Shown in pieces: positions 34,566-44,198 of a stretch of DNA of 57,028 bases (its first letter is position 1; every line of letters starts with the position of its first letter). The stretch covers positions 1-57,028 of IMG/VR virus record IMGVR_UViG_3300034411_000354; one strand, given 5' to 3'. A model generated the notes under the pieces. That model was not told the DNA's origin. It saw nothing but the letters and a program-made list of their open reading frames with translations, and searched no databases. The translations under genes were made by a program, and so were the position numbers. The DNA comes from a virus. Taxonomy: Duplodnaviria; Caudoviricetes.

Positions 34566-37067
34566 ATGCAAGTCACGTTTTTGGAGGCGTCTAACGGAGT
34601 TAGCCTCAGCAAAAAGCACTCTGTTAATAATGGGTTCACCCCTTACCCCCACGTAAAGAATGTAACGTCCCATGAGCACATCATCCCTAGTGATGGTGCC
34701 GGGCTAGCTATGCTAGAACGTCTGCTGATTGACCACGGTAACGTCGGTCACTGCATGCTCAAGGGCCAACTCAAGCGTTCAATTGAAAACGAATCGCGAG
34801 CCGGAAAGACTGATCGCGTTGCGTATTCCAACCTGCTCGTACTCGATATCGACGGCGTAGTGTTGCCTCAGTGGTCTCGGCCCCTGGGCAAACTAACTCA
34901 AACAGATGTCACTAACCTAGCTAAGCTAGTGATGCGTGAGCTTCCTCTTGAGTTTCAGAACGTCAGCTATATCGCTCAAGCCTCTGCTAGCCTGGGGCTC
35001 AAGGGAGACAAAGCATCTCTCCACATCTTTATATTTCTAAAGCACGCTATGCCCGCCAAAGCAGTAAAACTGTGGCTGCAAAACGCTAATTTTGATTCTG
35101 AGTTGTTTTCAGCCCAGCTTGATCTGTCGTCTAACGGACACTCTCTGAAGTATCCGCTCGACGTAAGTGTGGCTGACAACTCCAAACTAATCTTCTGCGC
35201 TCCTCCTACGTTCGAAGATGGGACCCACGATCCGTTCAGCTCTAGTTCTGAGCGGGTCGTGCGTGTTTCTAACAACGAGGACGCATTGGATTTAGCGGGC
35301 ATGATGAGCGACATCAGCCCAGAGGTTGTGTATCAGAAATCAAACGATGCAAAAAACAGACTGCGTAAAGACCGTGGATTCCACGCAAAGAAAGAAAAGC
35401 TAACGATTGCTGCAGTGAATAACCGGACTGAAGAGATCCTTCAGAACCCTGATCGCATGTCGATCACCATCACTGATGACAACAACCCACCGTACATCCG
35501 TTGCAACGTGAATGGTGGCAACAGCAATGCATACTACTTTCTGCTTGATGACCCTACGTACATGTACAACTTCAAAGGTGAGCCAATCTGGTCTATAGAA
35601 AAAGCAGATCCAGATTTCTATACGTCAGTATTCGAGCACTTCAAAGAAGAGATCGCAGAAAACGGTAGAGCCAACTATCCGGTTGCATTGCGTGACTTCT
35701 ACACAGACACCTACTACAACGGTGTCTTTGATCCGAACCTTAACCAGTTCAGCAATGACTTCCCTCTCATGCCCTGCGCATCAGCAAGCATCGAGGGATT
35801 CATGCGATCACACGGTCGGCCAAAGCCTGACTTCATTCCAGACGCAAAAGTCGTATTCGACCCCGCGTCAAATGATGTCGCAGTCAATCTGACTAATGTG
35901 CCTTACCACATCAACATGTTCCGAAAAACACAGTACATGTTGTCAGACCGTGAGCACGAACCGCTAAGCATGGGTGACGCAGCAAAGATCGCTGACTCAT
36001 GTCCACTGATCTATAAGTTGATGACTCACATCTTAGGAGGACAGGCTTTAGAAGTTGAACACTTCACTAACTGGCTGGCCTATATATTTCAAACTAAGAA
36101 GAAGGCAATGACTGCATGGGTACTGCAGGGTGTACCAGGTACAGGTAAAGGTATCTTCTACACCAAAGTACTCAGACCGTTGTTTGGCAACGAGCACGTA
36201 CCAATGCGTGCGCTGCAAAACATTGAAGAACAGTTCAACTTGTACATGAGACAAGCCCTCTTCCTTGTCGTTGACGAGTTTCACATGGCCTCAGCTAACT
36301 CAGGCACTGTGAAAATCGCCGACAAACTCAAGAACGCCATCACAGAAAACACGATGACCATTCGTGCGATGCGTTCCAACCAAGTAGAGATGCCTAACTT
36401 TACAAACTTCATCTTTCTCACCAACCGTATGGATGCCGTGAAAATCGAGGAGGGGGATAGGCGATACAACATCGCTCCGAGACAAGAGCAAAAGTTAGAG
36501 CATGTCTACCCAGAAGTAATCGATGGCATCGATGACATATCCAAAGAGCTAGACAAGTTCGCCGCCCTACTTCGCAACTACAGAGTAAACAAGCAGCTTG
36601 TACGCACACCTATTGCCAACAATGCAAAAGCACAGATGGCCCAGGTGACGATGTCAGTCATGGAAGAGTTCTTCGCCAATGTAAAACACGGCAAGCTAAC
36701 TCTTCTGCTAGATATCCTCGACATCAGTATCAACAACGTCATGCAAGCTCAAGAGATCACAACCGCGCAACGGTTTGTAAAGCAATGGATTGCAGAGTCA
36801 CAGTGGCCCTACTCCGTTATACCAATGGAGCACCTACGTGTTGTGTACGGCGTGTTGACTGATGACCGTATATCACAACGTGAGTTCATCAAACGCGCAG
36901 AACGTAACGGATTAACTCGTGAACGTAGACGTGCTCATAACGCTCCAAGCTCCGCCAACCCAACGCGCGGTGTAGTTGTTGAGTGGCGTGTTGATGACGA
37001 GCAGTTCAACGAAATTACCGACAAATACTTCAACACTGAAGACCGTAAGCTGCTTGAAGCTGTATAA
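34566..37067 (+). CDS. Primase-helicase (N-terminal primase-like domain, C-terminal SF3/D5-DUF5906 helicase)
   Basis: LVLDID and SLH+F+FL (AEP-like motifs), Walker A GVPGTGKG, Walker B VVDE, FIFLTN, DRRY. Confidence 0.88.
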   Translation: MQVTFLEASNGVSLSKKHSVNNGFTPYPHVKNVTSHEHIIPSDGAGLAMLERLLIDHGNVGHCMLKGQLKRSIENESRAGKTDRVAYSNLLVLDIDGVVLPQWSRPLGKLTQTDVTNLAKLVMRELPLEFQNVSYIAQASASLGLKGDKASLHIFIFLKHAMPAKAVKLWLQNANFDSELFSAQLDLSSNGHSLKYPLDVSVADNSKLIFCAPPTFEDGTHDPFSSSSERVVRVSNNEDALDLAGMMSDISPEVVYQKSNDAKNRLRKDRGFHAKKEKLTIAAVNNRTEEILQNPDRMSITITDDNNPPYIRCNVNGGNSNAYYFLLDDPTYMYNFKGEPIWSIEKADPDFYTSVFEHFKEEIAENGRANYPVALRDFYTDTYYNGVFDPNLNQFSNDFPLMPCASASIEGFMRSHGRPKPDFIPDAKVVFDPASNDVAVNLTNVPYHINMFRKTQYMLSDREHEPLSMGDAAKIADSCPLIYKLMTHILGGQALEVEHFTNWLAYIFQTKKKAMTAWVLQGVPGTGKGIFYTKVLRPLFGNEHVPMRALQNIEEQFNLYMRQALFLVVDEFHMASANSGTVKIADKLKNAITENTMTIRAMRSNQVEMPNFTNFIFLTNRMDAVKIEEGDRRYNIAPRQEQKLEHVYPEVIDGIDDISKELDKFAALLRNYRVNKQLVRTPIANNAKAQMAQVTMSVMEEFFANVKHGKLTLLLDILDISINNVMQAQEITTAQRFVKQWIAESQWPYSVIPMEHLRVVYGVLTDDRISQREFIKRAERNGLTRERRRAHNAPSSANPTRGVVVEWRVDDEQFNEITDKYFNTEDRKLLEAV

Positions 37068-37117
37068 AATAGTACCTATACTAATATCTTAGGCGGAACA
37101 ATAACTTAGGAATAGTC

Positions 37118-37867
37118 ATGATCAAGCTAACTCAGGAAAAGAGTGCGCAAAACTTACCAGAGTTCGAGAAACCAGAGATATTAGGTGACGTTAGAGCCTG
37201 GAGTTACTCAGCACTTAAAGTGTACGAAGAGTGTCCTTATCGGACATACATAAGCCGTGTCAAAAACATTAAAGAACCCAGCGGCCCAGCTGCAGACCGT
37301 GGTACGGAAATACACCAATACGCTGAAGACTACGTTAACGGCACTATGGGCGAAATGCATGACACCCTTCACAAGTTTAAAGATGACTTTGAAGAACTGC
37401 GCCAGCTCTATATCGAAGCAAAAGTAGAACTCGAAGGCGAATGGGGTTTCGATCTCGACTGGGAGACTGTCGGGTGGATGCAGAAAGAAACCTGGGCTCG
37501 CATCAAGCTAGATGCCCTGGTAACTGAAGATGAGACCTCAGCCCGCGTTATCGACTACAAGACAGGCAAGAAGTGGGGTAACGAAGTAGGCCACGGGCAG
37601 CAGGGTCTGCTGTATGCCATTGGTACATTCTTTAGATACCCGTCACTCGAACACGTACAAGTAGAGTTCTGGTATCTCGACAAAGGCGAGACCACCAAGA
37701 AAACCTACACACGAGAACAAGCCATGTTGTTTGCACCAGCGTTCCATCGCAGGGCAGTCAAGATGACTACAGAAACAGAATTCGCTCCAACACCAAGCAA
37801 AGACAGCTGTCGCTGGTGTTCGTTCCGTAAAGGTGACGAGCCCGAGTGCAGTTGGGGCGTCGAGTAG
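37118..37867 (+). CDS. PD-(D/E)XK exonuclease (RecB/Cas4-like)
   Basis: WSYS.L..YE.CP, RGTEIH, IKLDA...VIDYKTGK, Q..LY and a C-terminal CRWC...C cluster. Confidence 0.9.
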   Translation: MIKLTQEKSAQNLPEFEKPEILGDVRAWSYSALKVYEECPYRTYISRVKNIKEPSGPAADRGTEIHQYAEDYVNGTMGEMHDTLHKFKDDFEELRQLYIEAKVELEGEWGFDLDWETVGWMQKETWARIKLDALVTEDETSARVIDYKTGKKWGNEVGHGQQGLLYAIGTFFRYPSLEHVQVEFWYLDKGETTKKTYTREQAMLFAPAFHRRAVKMTTETEFAPTPSKDSCRWCSFRKGDEPECSWGVE

Positions 37868-37894
37868 TTTTACCTCCCCTAGAAGTAACCCTTT

Positions 37895-37932
37895 CCCCGC
37901 TTAGGTCCCAGGCCTAGCGGGGTTTTTTTATT
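37895..37932 (+). terminator. Intrinsic terminator
   Basis: CCCCGCT-TAGG...CCTA-GCGGGG followed by T7. Confidence 0.8.
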
Positions 37933-37981
37933 CCCGATCGGAATTCAAATGATCCTCATGAACCATGTAGAGAGAATCCCT

Positions 37982-38164
37982 ATGAAAAAGCTAAAGCAAT
38001 TCTTAACCACCTGTGCGTTGTATTTGCTCAGCGCACTAGCTATCTGCCTCGCCTTCTTCGCAGCGATACAAGCTTTGTATGTCGGACTTCTCGGCATGTT
38101 TGTACTCGCCTGTGTCGCAGGTGTGGCTTACCTCTATTACCGGAGCCAACAACATGATCCTTGA
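37982..38164 (+). CDS. Small 2-TM membrane protein
   Basis: MKKLKQ followed by two hydrophobic helices. Confidence 0.6.
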   Translation: MKKLKQFLTTCALYLLSALAICLAFFAAIQALYVGLLGMFVLACVAGVAYLYYRSQQHDP

Positions 38165-38276
38165 CCAAGTCATCCTCGCAATCGAAGTCACACTCGTTCT
38201 TATAACCTTACTAGGAGTTATCTATGATTTTAGCCGGTCTTATATCGTCACTGGGACTACTGTTCCTTCTGTTTAA
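38154..38276 (+). CDS. Small single-TM peptide
   Basis: GGAG RBS, MILDQVILAIEVTLVLITLLGVIY. Confidence 0.45.
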   Translation: MILDQVILAIEVTLVLITLLGVIYDFSRSYIVTGTTVPSV

Positions 38277-38523
38277 ATTCGGCCCCCGCCGGATCATTTC
38301 GTACGACATACCCATCGATATCGCAGCTACCGTGCTGCTGATGGTCCTATTTGCCGGGACGTTCTCCGGGATGATGGCTGCAATGTTTGGCGGTCTCATC
38401 ATCTCAGTCACATTGTTTGCCATGCGCCAAACCATGATTCGCGAACAGCTGTCCCTGGTCAAAGTCAAAAAGTTCCCATACCGCGCCTGGCGTTGGGTGG
38501 AGGTTGATCCCGATGGAAAGTAA
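38224..38523 (+). CDS. Multi-TM membrane protein
   Basis: 99 aa, AGGAG RBS, about 3 hydrophobic helices. Confidence 0.75.
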   Translation: MILAGLISSLGLLFLLFKFGPRRIISYDIPIDIAATVLLMVLFAGTFSGMMAAMFGGLIISVTLFAMRQTMIREQLSLVKVKKFPYRAWRWVEVDPDGK

Positions 38524-38567
38524 ATACAAAGACCTGTTGTGTGGTCACCTAAAGGAGATGTTCGACA

Positions 38568-38852
38568 ATGCAGATGTTTTACAAGCGCAATGGATCCCTA
38601 GTCGAGTACAGAATCGTAACCGACCCAGAGGAAGCGATGTACTGGACTACACACCGTTTGAAGAAATCCGAGATCAAGATAGTGACCCAGTGCGACAGAA
38701 CGACAGCGGCACAAATCAGACAGGAGATTCTAGATGACATCCTTAGCCGTGAACCTAATCCCAGCAAAAAACGTGCATCTGCCTCAGACCAGGTATCTAA
38801 AGAACGTAAAGTCACCACATTTGCAGATGTTAAAAAGAGGCAAAGCCAATAA
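38568..38852 (+). CDS. Hypothetical protein (alternative frame 38513-38737 also plausible)
   Basis: 94 aa with AAGGAG upstream. Overlaps the next gene by 119 nt. Confidence 0.45.
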   Translation: MQMFYKRNGSLVEYRIVTDPEEAMYWTTHRLKKSEIKIVTQCDRTTAAQIRQEILDDILSREPNPSKKRASASDQVSKERKVTTFADVKKRQSQ

Positions 38853-39432
38853 AAAACTCGGTAACAAAGTATCAGTCAAGATGTGGAAAGGCATGACCAT
38901 CTACTCTCTTACATTAGAAGAACGGTCTACCTGCCCTACTGACTGTGAGCAATGGGACAACTGCTACGGTAACAACATGCCCTTTGCACATCGCTTTGAT
39001 CACACCGATCCATCGTTCAAAGAGATGCTCGAACTGCAGCTCCAAGAACTAAACAACAAACACAAAAACGGTTTTGTTGTCCGGCTGCATGTGCTCGGTG
39101 ACTTCTACGACGGCTTGTACATTGCTACCTGGCAACACTGGTTACACAAGTTCAAGAACCTAAACGTCTTCGGCTACACACACCACGCTTACACGTCACA
39201 ACTGGGCACGATGATTAGCAATATCAACAACATCTACCCAGACCGATTCCGCGTGCGTTTCTCTGATGACAAGGACGTGTCGTTTAACGCGACAGTCATC
39301 AAACCCGAAGACAAAAACATCTGGACAGGACCAGGAATCTTATGTCCAGAACAAGCCGGTGCGACACCTAGTTGCGCTGACTGCGGATACTGCTGGGCTA
39401 GCGACCAACCCGTCGTTTTTATTGAGCACTAA
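38734..39432 (+). CDS. GP88-family protein (Cys-rich, radical-SAM-like)
   Basis: N.KLG, SLTLEER.TCP..C.....CY, VRLHVLGDF, +FGYT, CPEQ.....C..C..CW. Confidence 0.75.
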   Translation: MTSLAVNLIPAKNVHLPQTRYLKNVKSPHLQMLKRGKANKKLGNKVSVKMWKGMTIYSLTLEERSTCPTDCEQWDNCYGNNMPFAHRFDHTDPSFKEMLELQLQELNNKHKNGFVVRLHVLGDFYDGLYIATWQHWLHKFKNLNVFGYTHHAYTSQLGTMISNINNIYPDRFRVRFSDDKDVSFNATVIKPEDKNIWTGPGILCPEQAGATPSCADCGYCWASDQPVVFIEH

Positions 39433-39466
39433 TATTAGCTATGGTATTATTCTAAACCATCAATGA

Positions 39467-40813
39467 GTGATGAATATGTTAAAACCGTTTGAACATCAGA
39501 GCGCTACGACAGCGCACATCCTCGCCAATCCACGAGTACTAATTACATCGGATCCTGGCACCGGCAAGACTCGTTCTGTTCTTGACGCACTAACTAAACG
39601 TGGAGCGCGGACCTTAGTTCTTGCACCGCTATCCATACTCGAAGCCTCGTGGGCAGATGACATCGAGAAGTTCACACCCGAACTGTCGTACGCCGTTGCG
39701 TACGCAAAGAACCGTGAGAAAGCTTTCTCGGGTTACGAAGACATTGTCATTACCAATCACGATGCAGTGAAGTGGTTACTCAAGCATCAAACAGCACTCA
39801 AGGGTTTCGATACCCTGGTCATTGACGAGTTCACTGCATACAAAAACCAATCAAGCCAGCGCAGCAAAGCGATCCGCAAGTTAGTTGATTACTTTCAATA
39901 TCGCATCGCCATGTCCGGTACACCTAACAGCAACACCATCCTAGACATATGGCACCCCACCCTTCTCGTAGACGACGGGCAACGCTTAGGTCACAGGTTT
40001 TACAGCTTCCGAGCTGCTGTTTGCACATCACGGTTCAACGGATTCGCTAACGAGTGGATAGACAAAGACGATGCTGAAGAGATTGTTGCTGCGCTAATCA
40101 GTGACATCAATGTCAGGTACTGCCTTGAAGAGTGTCTGACTATGCCAGAACAAACAACGAATACGCTGTTGGTACAACTACCCAAGAAAATCATGTTCGA
40201 GTACCAAACGCTCAGCGAAGACAGTGTGTTGTACACGGGCAAAGAAACAATCAACGCAGTTCATGCAGGTGCCAAAGTCAAAAAGCTACTACAGCTTTGT
40301 ACTGGTGCCATCTACAACGAAGAAGGTGGTGTTACATCGATACACCCCGAACGCTACGACATGGTCATGCAGCTCGTATCAGAGCGCAAACATTCCCTGG
40401 TTGCATTCAACTGGAAGCACGAGAAGCAAGCACTGACCCAACTCGCAGACAAGATGAAGATCAAATACGCAACGATCGACGGTGATACCCCCGCGCACAA
40501 ACGCAAAGACATCGTTGATCGCATGCAAGCAGGACACCTCCAGGTTGTGTTCTGCCACCCACAATCAGCCGGACACGGCTTAACCATGACCAAAGCAACT
40601 GCAGTGATCTGGGCGTCACCAACTTACAACGCCGAGCATTACCAGCAGTTCAATCGACGCATATACCGAGCCGGTCAAACGCAGCGCACAGAAATCATAC
40701 ACATCGCAGCGCGCGATACGTGGGAACCAGAAGTTTACGAAAAACTCACTAGCAAACTAAAACGAATGGAAGACCTCTTACTGATTCTAAACAAACTCAA
40801 TCACGCAGCCTAA
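39467..40813 (+). CDS. SNF2-family helicase
   Basis: PFEHQ, DPGTGKT, IDE, MSGTP, G.GL, QQFNRRIYRAGQ. Confidence 0.92.
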   Translation: MMNMLKPFEHQSATTAHILANPRVLITSDPGTGKTRSVLDALTKRGARTLVLAPLSILEASWADDIEKFTPELSYAVAYAKNREKAFSGYEDIVITNHDAVKWLLKHQTALKGFDTLVIDEFTAYKNQSSQRSKAIRKLVDYFQYRIAMSGTPNSNTILDIWHPTLLVDDGQRLGHRFYSFRAAVCTSRFNGFANEWIDKDDAEEIVAALISDINVRYCLEECLTMPEQTTNTLLVQLPKKIMFEYQTLSEDSVLYTGKETINAVHAGAKVKKLLQLCTGAIYNEEGGVTSIHPERYDMVMQLVSERKHSLVAFNWKHEKQALTQLADKMKIKYATIDGDTPAHKRKDIVDRMQAGHLQVVFCHPQSAGHGLTMTKATAVIWASPTYNAEHYQQFNRRIYRAGQTQRTEIIHIAARDTWEPEVYEKLTSKLKRMEDLLLILNKLNHAA

Positions 40814-40823
40814 AGGAAACCTC

Positions 40824-41189
40824 ATGAATATTAATGAACTAATCGAAGCCAGAGCCAAAGTGAAAGACGCTATCGCAGGTCTTAACGCGGAGCTCAAGGA
40901 GCTGAACAAGTCCAAAGATGAACTTGACTACAAGCTCTTAAACCAATTGGACGAGCAGGGTTTGTCACGTACCGCCAACGACAAAGCCAGTGTGTCCATT
41001 AACCAAGACACTGTACCTGACGTGACTGATTGGGATGCTCTTTACGCGCATATCAACAGCACCCAGGACTTCAGTCTCTTACAGCGACGGGTCTCGTCTA
41101 CTGCATACAAAGAACTTCTTAAGCTCGGTGAAGAAGTCCCTGGTTTGCAAGCCCGTGAAATCAGACGCATTAACTTTCGTTCCCTCTAA
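40824..41189 (+). CDS. Conserved phage replication-module protein
   Basis: 121 aa coiled coil, V.DWDA+Y..I......LLQRRVS..A.KE....G..VPG. Confidence 0.8.
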   Translation: MNINELIEARAKVKDAIAGLNAELKELNKSKDELDYKLLNQLDEQGLSRTANDKASVSINQDTVPDVTDWDALYAHINSTQDFSLLQRRVSSTAYKELLKLGEEVPGLQAREIRRINFRSL

Positions 41190-41221
41190 ACATGAATCAA
41201 CCAAACCATTAGGAAACTATT

Positions 41222-41914
41222 ATGACAGCAGCAGCAAAAGAAGTAGCAAAAGTAGCACCACTCGTAGCTTCATCTGACACACTCCCAGCCCACCTCAAGT
41301 CTATCGACGGCGTAGGTCGTGGTAACGAGAACGTCGGTCAGAACGTAGCTATCCCGCGTATCAAGCTACTCCAGAAGATGTCTAACGAGGTAGACAAGCA
41401 TCACGCCAACTACGTTGAAGGTTGTGAGCCTGGCCACTTTGTTAACACTCTGACTAACCAGAACTATGGCAACGATCTCTATGCGATCAGCCTGACGTTC
41501 AAAACAGAATTTGTCGTATGGCGACAGCTTGACGCTGGTGGCGGCTACCTAGGTGCGTTCGATACACGCGAACTTGCCCAGGCAAAAGTCAACGAACAAG
41601 ACAAGCCCGGCGAATACGACATCAACGAGACACACGCACATGTGATCCTGCTCAAGAACCCAGAGACAGGTGAGCTTGACCGTACGCCAGCCATCATGGA
41701 CTTCGCATCATCTAAGCTGCGTGTATCCAAGAACTGGAACTCACAGATCGGTATGCGTGGCGGTGACCGTTTCGCTGGCTTGTGGCAAGTCTCCGGCGTT
41801 TCAACCGAGAACAAGATGGGCAAGGCATTTATGAATTGCGAAGTATCTTGGTGCGGTTGGGCTATGGAACAGGACTACAAGGCTGCCGAAAACTTGTACG
41901 AAGCCTACAAGTAA
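41222..41914 (+). CDS. Putative ssDNA-binding/annealing protein
   Basis: G.G.ENV.....IPR+KLLQ..S, V.W.....GG and S.LRVS..WN pattern, located in the replication module. Function inferred. Confidence 0.55.
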   Translation: MTAAAKEVAKVAPLVASSDTLPAHLKSIDGVGRGNENVGQNVAIPRIKLLQKMSNEVDKHHANYVEGCEPGHFVNTLTNQNYGNDLYAISLTFKTEFVVWRQLDAGGGYLGAFDTRELAQAKVNEQDKPGEYDINETHAHVILLKNPETGELDRTPAIMDFASSKLRVSKNWNSQIGMRGGDRFAGLWQVSGVSTENKMGKAFMNCEVSWCGWAMEQDYKAAENLYEAYK

Positions 41915-41947
41915 TACCAGGGCGGGGGTCTCTGACCCCCATTTCCA

Positions 41948-42337
41948 TTGAACGAACACAGTTTCATAAGATCCATACATCGATACTTATCACCGGACGT
42001 CTACTCATGGAAGATCCATGACACGTTTACCGGAGGCGTCCCCGACGCAATGTATGTAGGCCCTAAAGGACTGCTGTTTGTTGAATACAAATATGTTAAA
42101 ACGCTGCCCAAAAGAGACAGCACACTGATCAAACATTCATTATCTGAACTGCAACTGCAGTGGTTACAACGTGTAAATGGGCCTGCAAAATCAGCTTTAA
42201 TTATAGGCGTAGAAGATTCAGCTATAATATTAGATTGCGATTATTCTACTAATATTAGTAAACTTCACTATATAGAACAATCTGTAAGTAGGCGAGATGT
42301 TGCTGCCTACATATATAACGTGACTCATTTAGGATGA
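41948..42337 (+). CDS. VRR-NUC / Holliday junction resolvase-like nuclease
   Basis: TTG start. E..F, GVPD......FVEYK and LS.LQ..WL. Confidence 0.85.
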   Translation: MNEHSFIRSIHRYLSPDVYSWKIHDTFTGGVPDAMYVGPKGLLFVEYKYVKTLPKRDSTLIKHSLSELQLQWLQRVNGPAKSALIIGVEDSAIILDCDYSTNISKLHYIEQSVSRRDVAAYIYNVTHLG

Positions 42338-42344
42338 ATGCAAC

Positions 42345-42905
42345 ATGTCAAGGGAAGACTTACCTCAGTCCGTAAAGAACCTACGGAGGATTTGGGACGC
42401 AAAGAAAGTCGAGATGCGCTTCACACAAGTTGAAGCAGCGAAGACACTCGGCTGGTCTCAGGGGGCGATTTCACATTACCTAAACAACATTACCAAACTA
42501 CAAGCACCGGCTATCATCAAGCTGGCTAACTTTCTGGATGTTGATCCCAGGGAAATTGATCCGAGTATCGAAGCTCAGCTGCCGTCCGTTGAGCGCAGAG
42601 AAATATCCTTTGACGCAAATGATGTCACTAAACCGATAAAAGAAACCATACTCAGTCGGCGTGATGACTCATCCATCATGGTTAGAATTCCAAGAAAAGA
42701 ACCTTACCTAGACTTGTTCTTCGAGCGTTACATGTATTCGTTCTGTTACGTACGGCTGATTTCCCCATCACAATTAAAAGAACCAAGCTGCTACGCAGCC
42801 CGTCTCAAAGGCAAAAAGAACTTAGAATTCTTTGATCCAAGCAGCCTACCGGCACCCAGCAAAATCCACACTCTCTGGTCGGTTGTCGCTTTTGTCTACT
42901 ACTGA
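42345..42905 (+). CDS. XRE-family HTH transcriptional regulator (repressor-like)
   Basis: TQVEAAKTLGWSQGAISHYLN...LANFLDVDPREIDP matches a cI/Cro-type HTH. No clear S24 peptidase motif in the C-terminal part. Confidence 0.88.
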   Translation: MSREDLPQSVKNLRRIWDAKKVEMRFTQVEAAKTLGWSQGAISHYLNNITKLQAPAIIKLANFLDVDPREIDPSIEAQLPSVERREISFDANDVTKPIKETILSRRDDSSIMVRIPRKEPYLDLFFERYMYSFCYVRLISPSQLKEPSCYAARLKGKKNLEFFDPSSLPAPSKIHTLWSVVAFVYY

Positions 42906-43015
42906 ATAGTTTTGTCTAGTTTGACTTAATTATTAGCTTAACAATAATACTTATACTATTATTCATATGTTGTAGCTATCCCGCTGCGGCAGGGACCAGC
43001 TACGCGAGGAGAGCA

Positions 43016-43234
43016 ATGAACTTACAGGATGTACTGTGCAAGCGTTACGGCCCGTTCATGGATATAAATGAACTGTCGTTACTACTAAGAATTAAGCGGC
43101 AATCGATGTACCAACAGATCTACCACGGTCGATTGCCCATCCCACATGCCAAGCTTGGCAAAAAATATTTATTCCCTACAGAAGAAGTAGCTAACTACTT
43201 CACAGATCGGCTAAATCTTCCGGGCGAAGATTAA
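43016..43234 (+). CDS. Excisionase/AlpA-like HTH protein
   Basis: +M.+.EL..LL.I...S+Y..I..G.LP....+GK..LF....V. Converges on and overlaps the integrase. Confidence 0.8.
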   Translation: MNLQDVLCKRYGPFMDINELSLLLRIKRQSMYQQIYHGRLPIPHAKLGKKYLFPTEEVANYFTDRLNLPGED

Positions 43235-44198
43235 CATAACGACTGAGCTGATCTAACGTGCGGTGACCACTCACTACCCTCACCTGTTCCACTCGCATCC
43301 CACGCTCAAACATACGACTAATTGCTTCATGACGCAGATCGTGGAACCGAAGATCTTCGATTCCCAAACGGCTTGTCATGCGCGCAAACTTGTCTGAAAT
43401 CGACTCGCTCCTCTGTACGCGGAACAGGTTATCCCCTTGCTCAGTTGTGTTTCGTGCGCGTAGAAGCGCCTCTCTCACGCCCTTTAAAAGGGGTATTTTG
43501 GCCTTACTGCGCCCGTTTTCAGCGCTCTTATCTTTGCGATAAAGATGGATCACGCCCGCCTTTTCATCAATGTCTGACCACCGCAACCGGTGGATTTCAC
43601 TTTGACGCATCGCAGATTCAACTGCGATATCGATGGCAGTGCCAATCCAATGGTCTCCCGCCTCTGCCATCAACGCTTCAAACTCTCCTGGTCCCAGACG
43701 ACGATCCCGTCGCTTACTTCCCATGATTATTTTTTTCTTTTGCAGCTCATCGATTGCCTGGTCAACGATTTTCTCTTCTGTCTTTACCCTGCTGTTCTCT
43801 ACTACCTGCTTCAAATAATACATCTGCGTCTGAAGCGTGCTCGCACAAACGCTTTTTCGACGGTGGGCTGCAAACTCAAGCGCGTCATCTAAAGTCAGGT
43901 CATGTATTGAGACGCCATCAAAATACTGGCGGATCTGGTTGAGCTGCCCAAGCTTCGGCCCAGCAACATCTAGCCCAAATCTTTCGTAGCTGTAGATTAA
44001 ATCATCGACCATCTGGCTAATGAGCACGGACCGTGATTCACGAGTATCGATCCACGAACCGTCGTCCATGCTCATTTCAATACGCCTACACCAAGCCGTT
44101 GCCGCTGCTTTAGTGCGGAAGGTTCGAGTCTGTTGGGGGTAACCTTTGCGGCGTATCTGACTGTGCCAGAGATCACCGCGCTTCCGTATGCTTGCCAT
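43200..44198 (-). CDS. int: Tyrosine integrase
   Basis: N-terminal arm-binding MASIRKRG...Q+RRKG, R of MRQSE, HDLRHEA, SGH..LD.L.RY catalytic residues. Confidence 0.95.
   Translation of the reverse strand: MASIRKRGDLWHSQIRRKGYPQQTRTFRTKAAATAWCRRIEMSMDDGSWIDTRESRSVLISQMVDDLIYSYERFGLDVAGPKLGQLNQIRQYFDGVSIHDLTLDDALEFAAHRRKSVCASTLQTQMYYLKQVVENSRVKTEEKIVDQAIDELQKKKIIMGSKRRDRRLGPGEFEALMAEAGDHWIGTAIDIAVESAMRQSEIHRLRWSDIDEKAGVIHLYRKDKSAENGRSKAKIPLLKGVREALLRARNTTEQGDNLFRVQRSESISDKFARMTSRLGIEDLRFHDLRHEAISRMFERGMRVEQVRVVSGHRTLDQLSRYVNLRPEDLADL

Noticed and set aside
37118-37867. Cas4 as part of a CRISPR system
   Set aside because: It is a stand-alone PD-(D/E)XK nuclease in the replication module, which is common in phages.
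42252-42268. An additional ATATTAG box
   Set aside because: Only the first half matches (no GTAYT), and it lies inside the VRR-NUC coding region.
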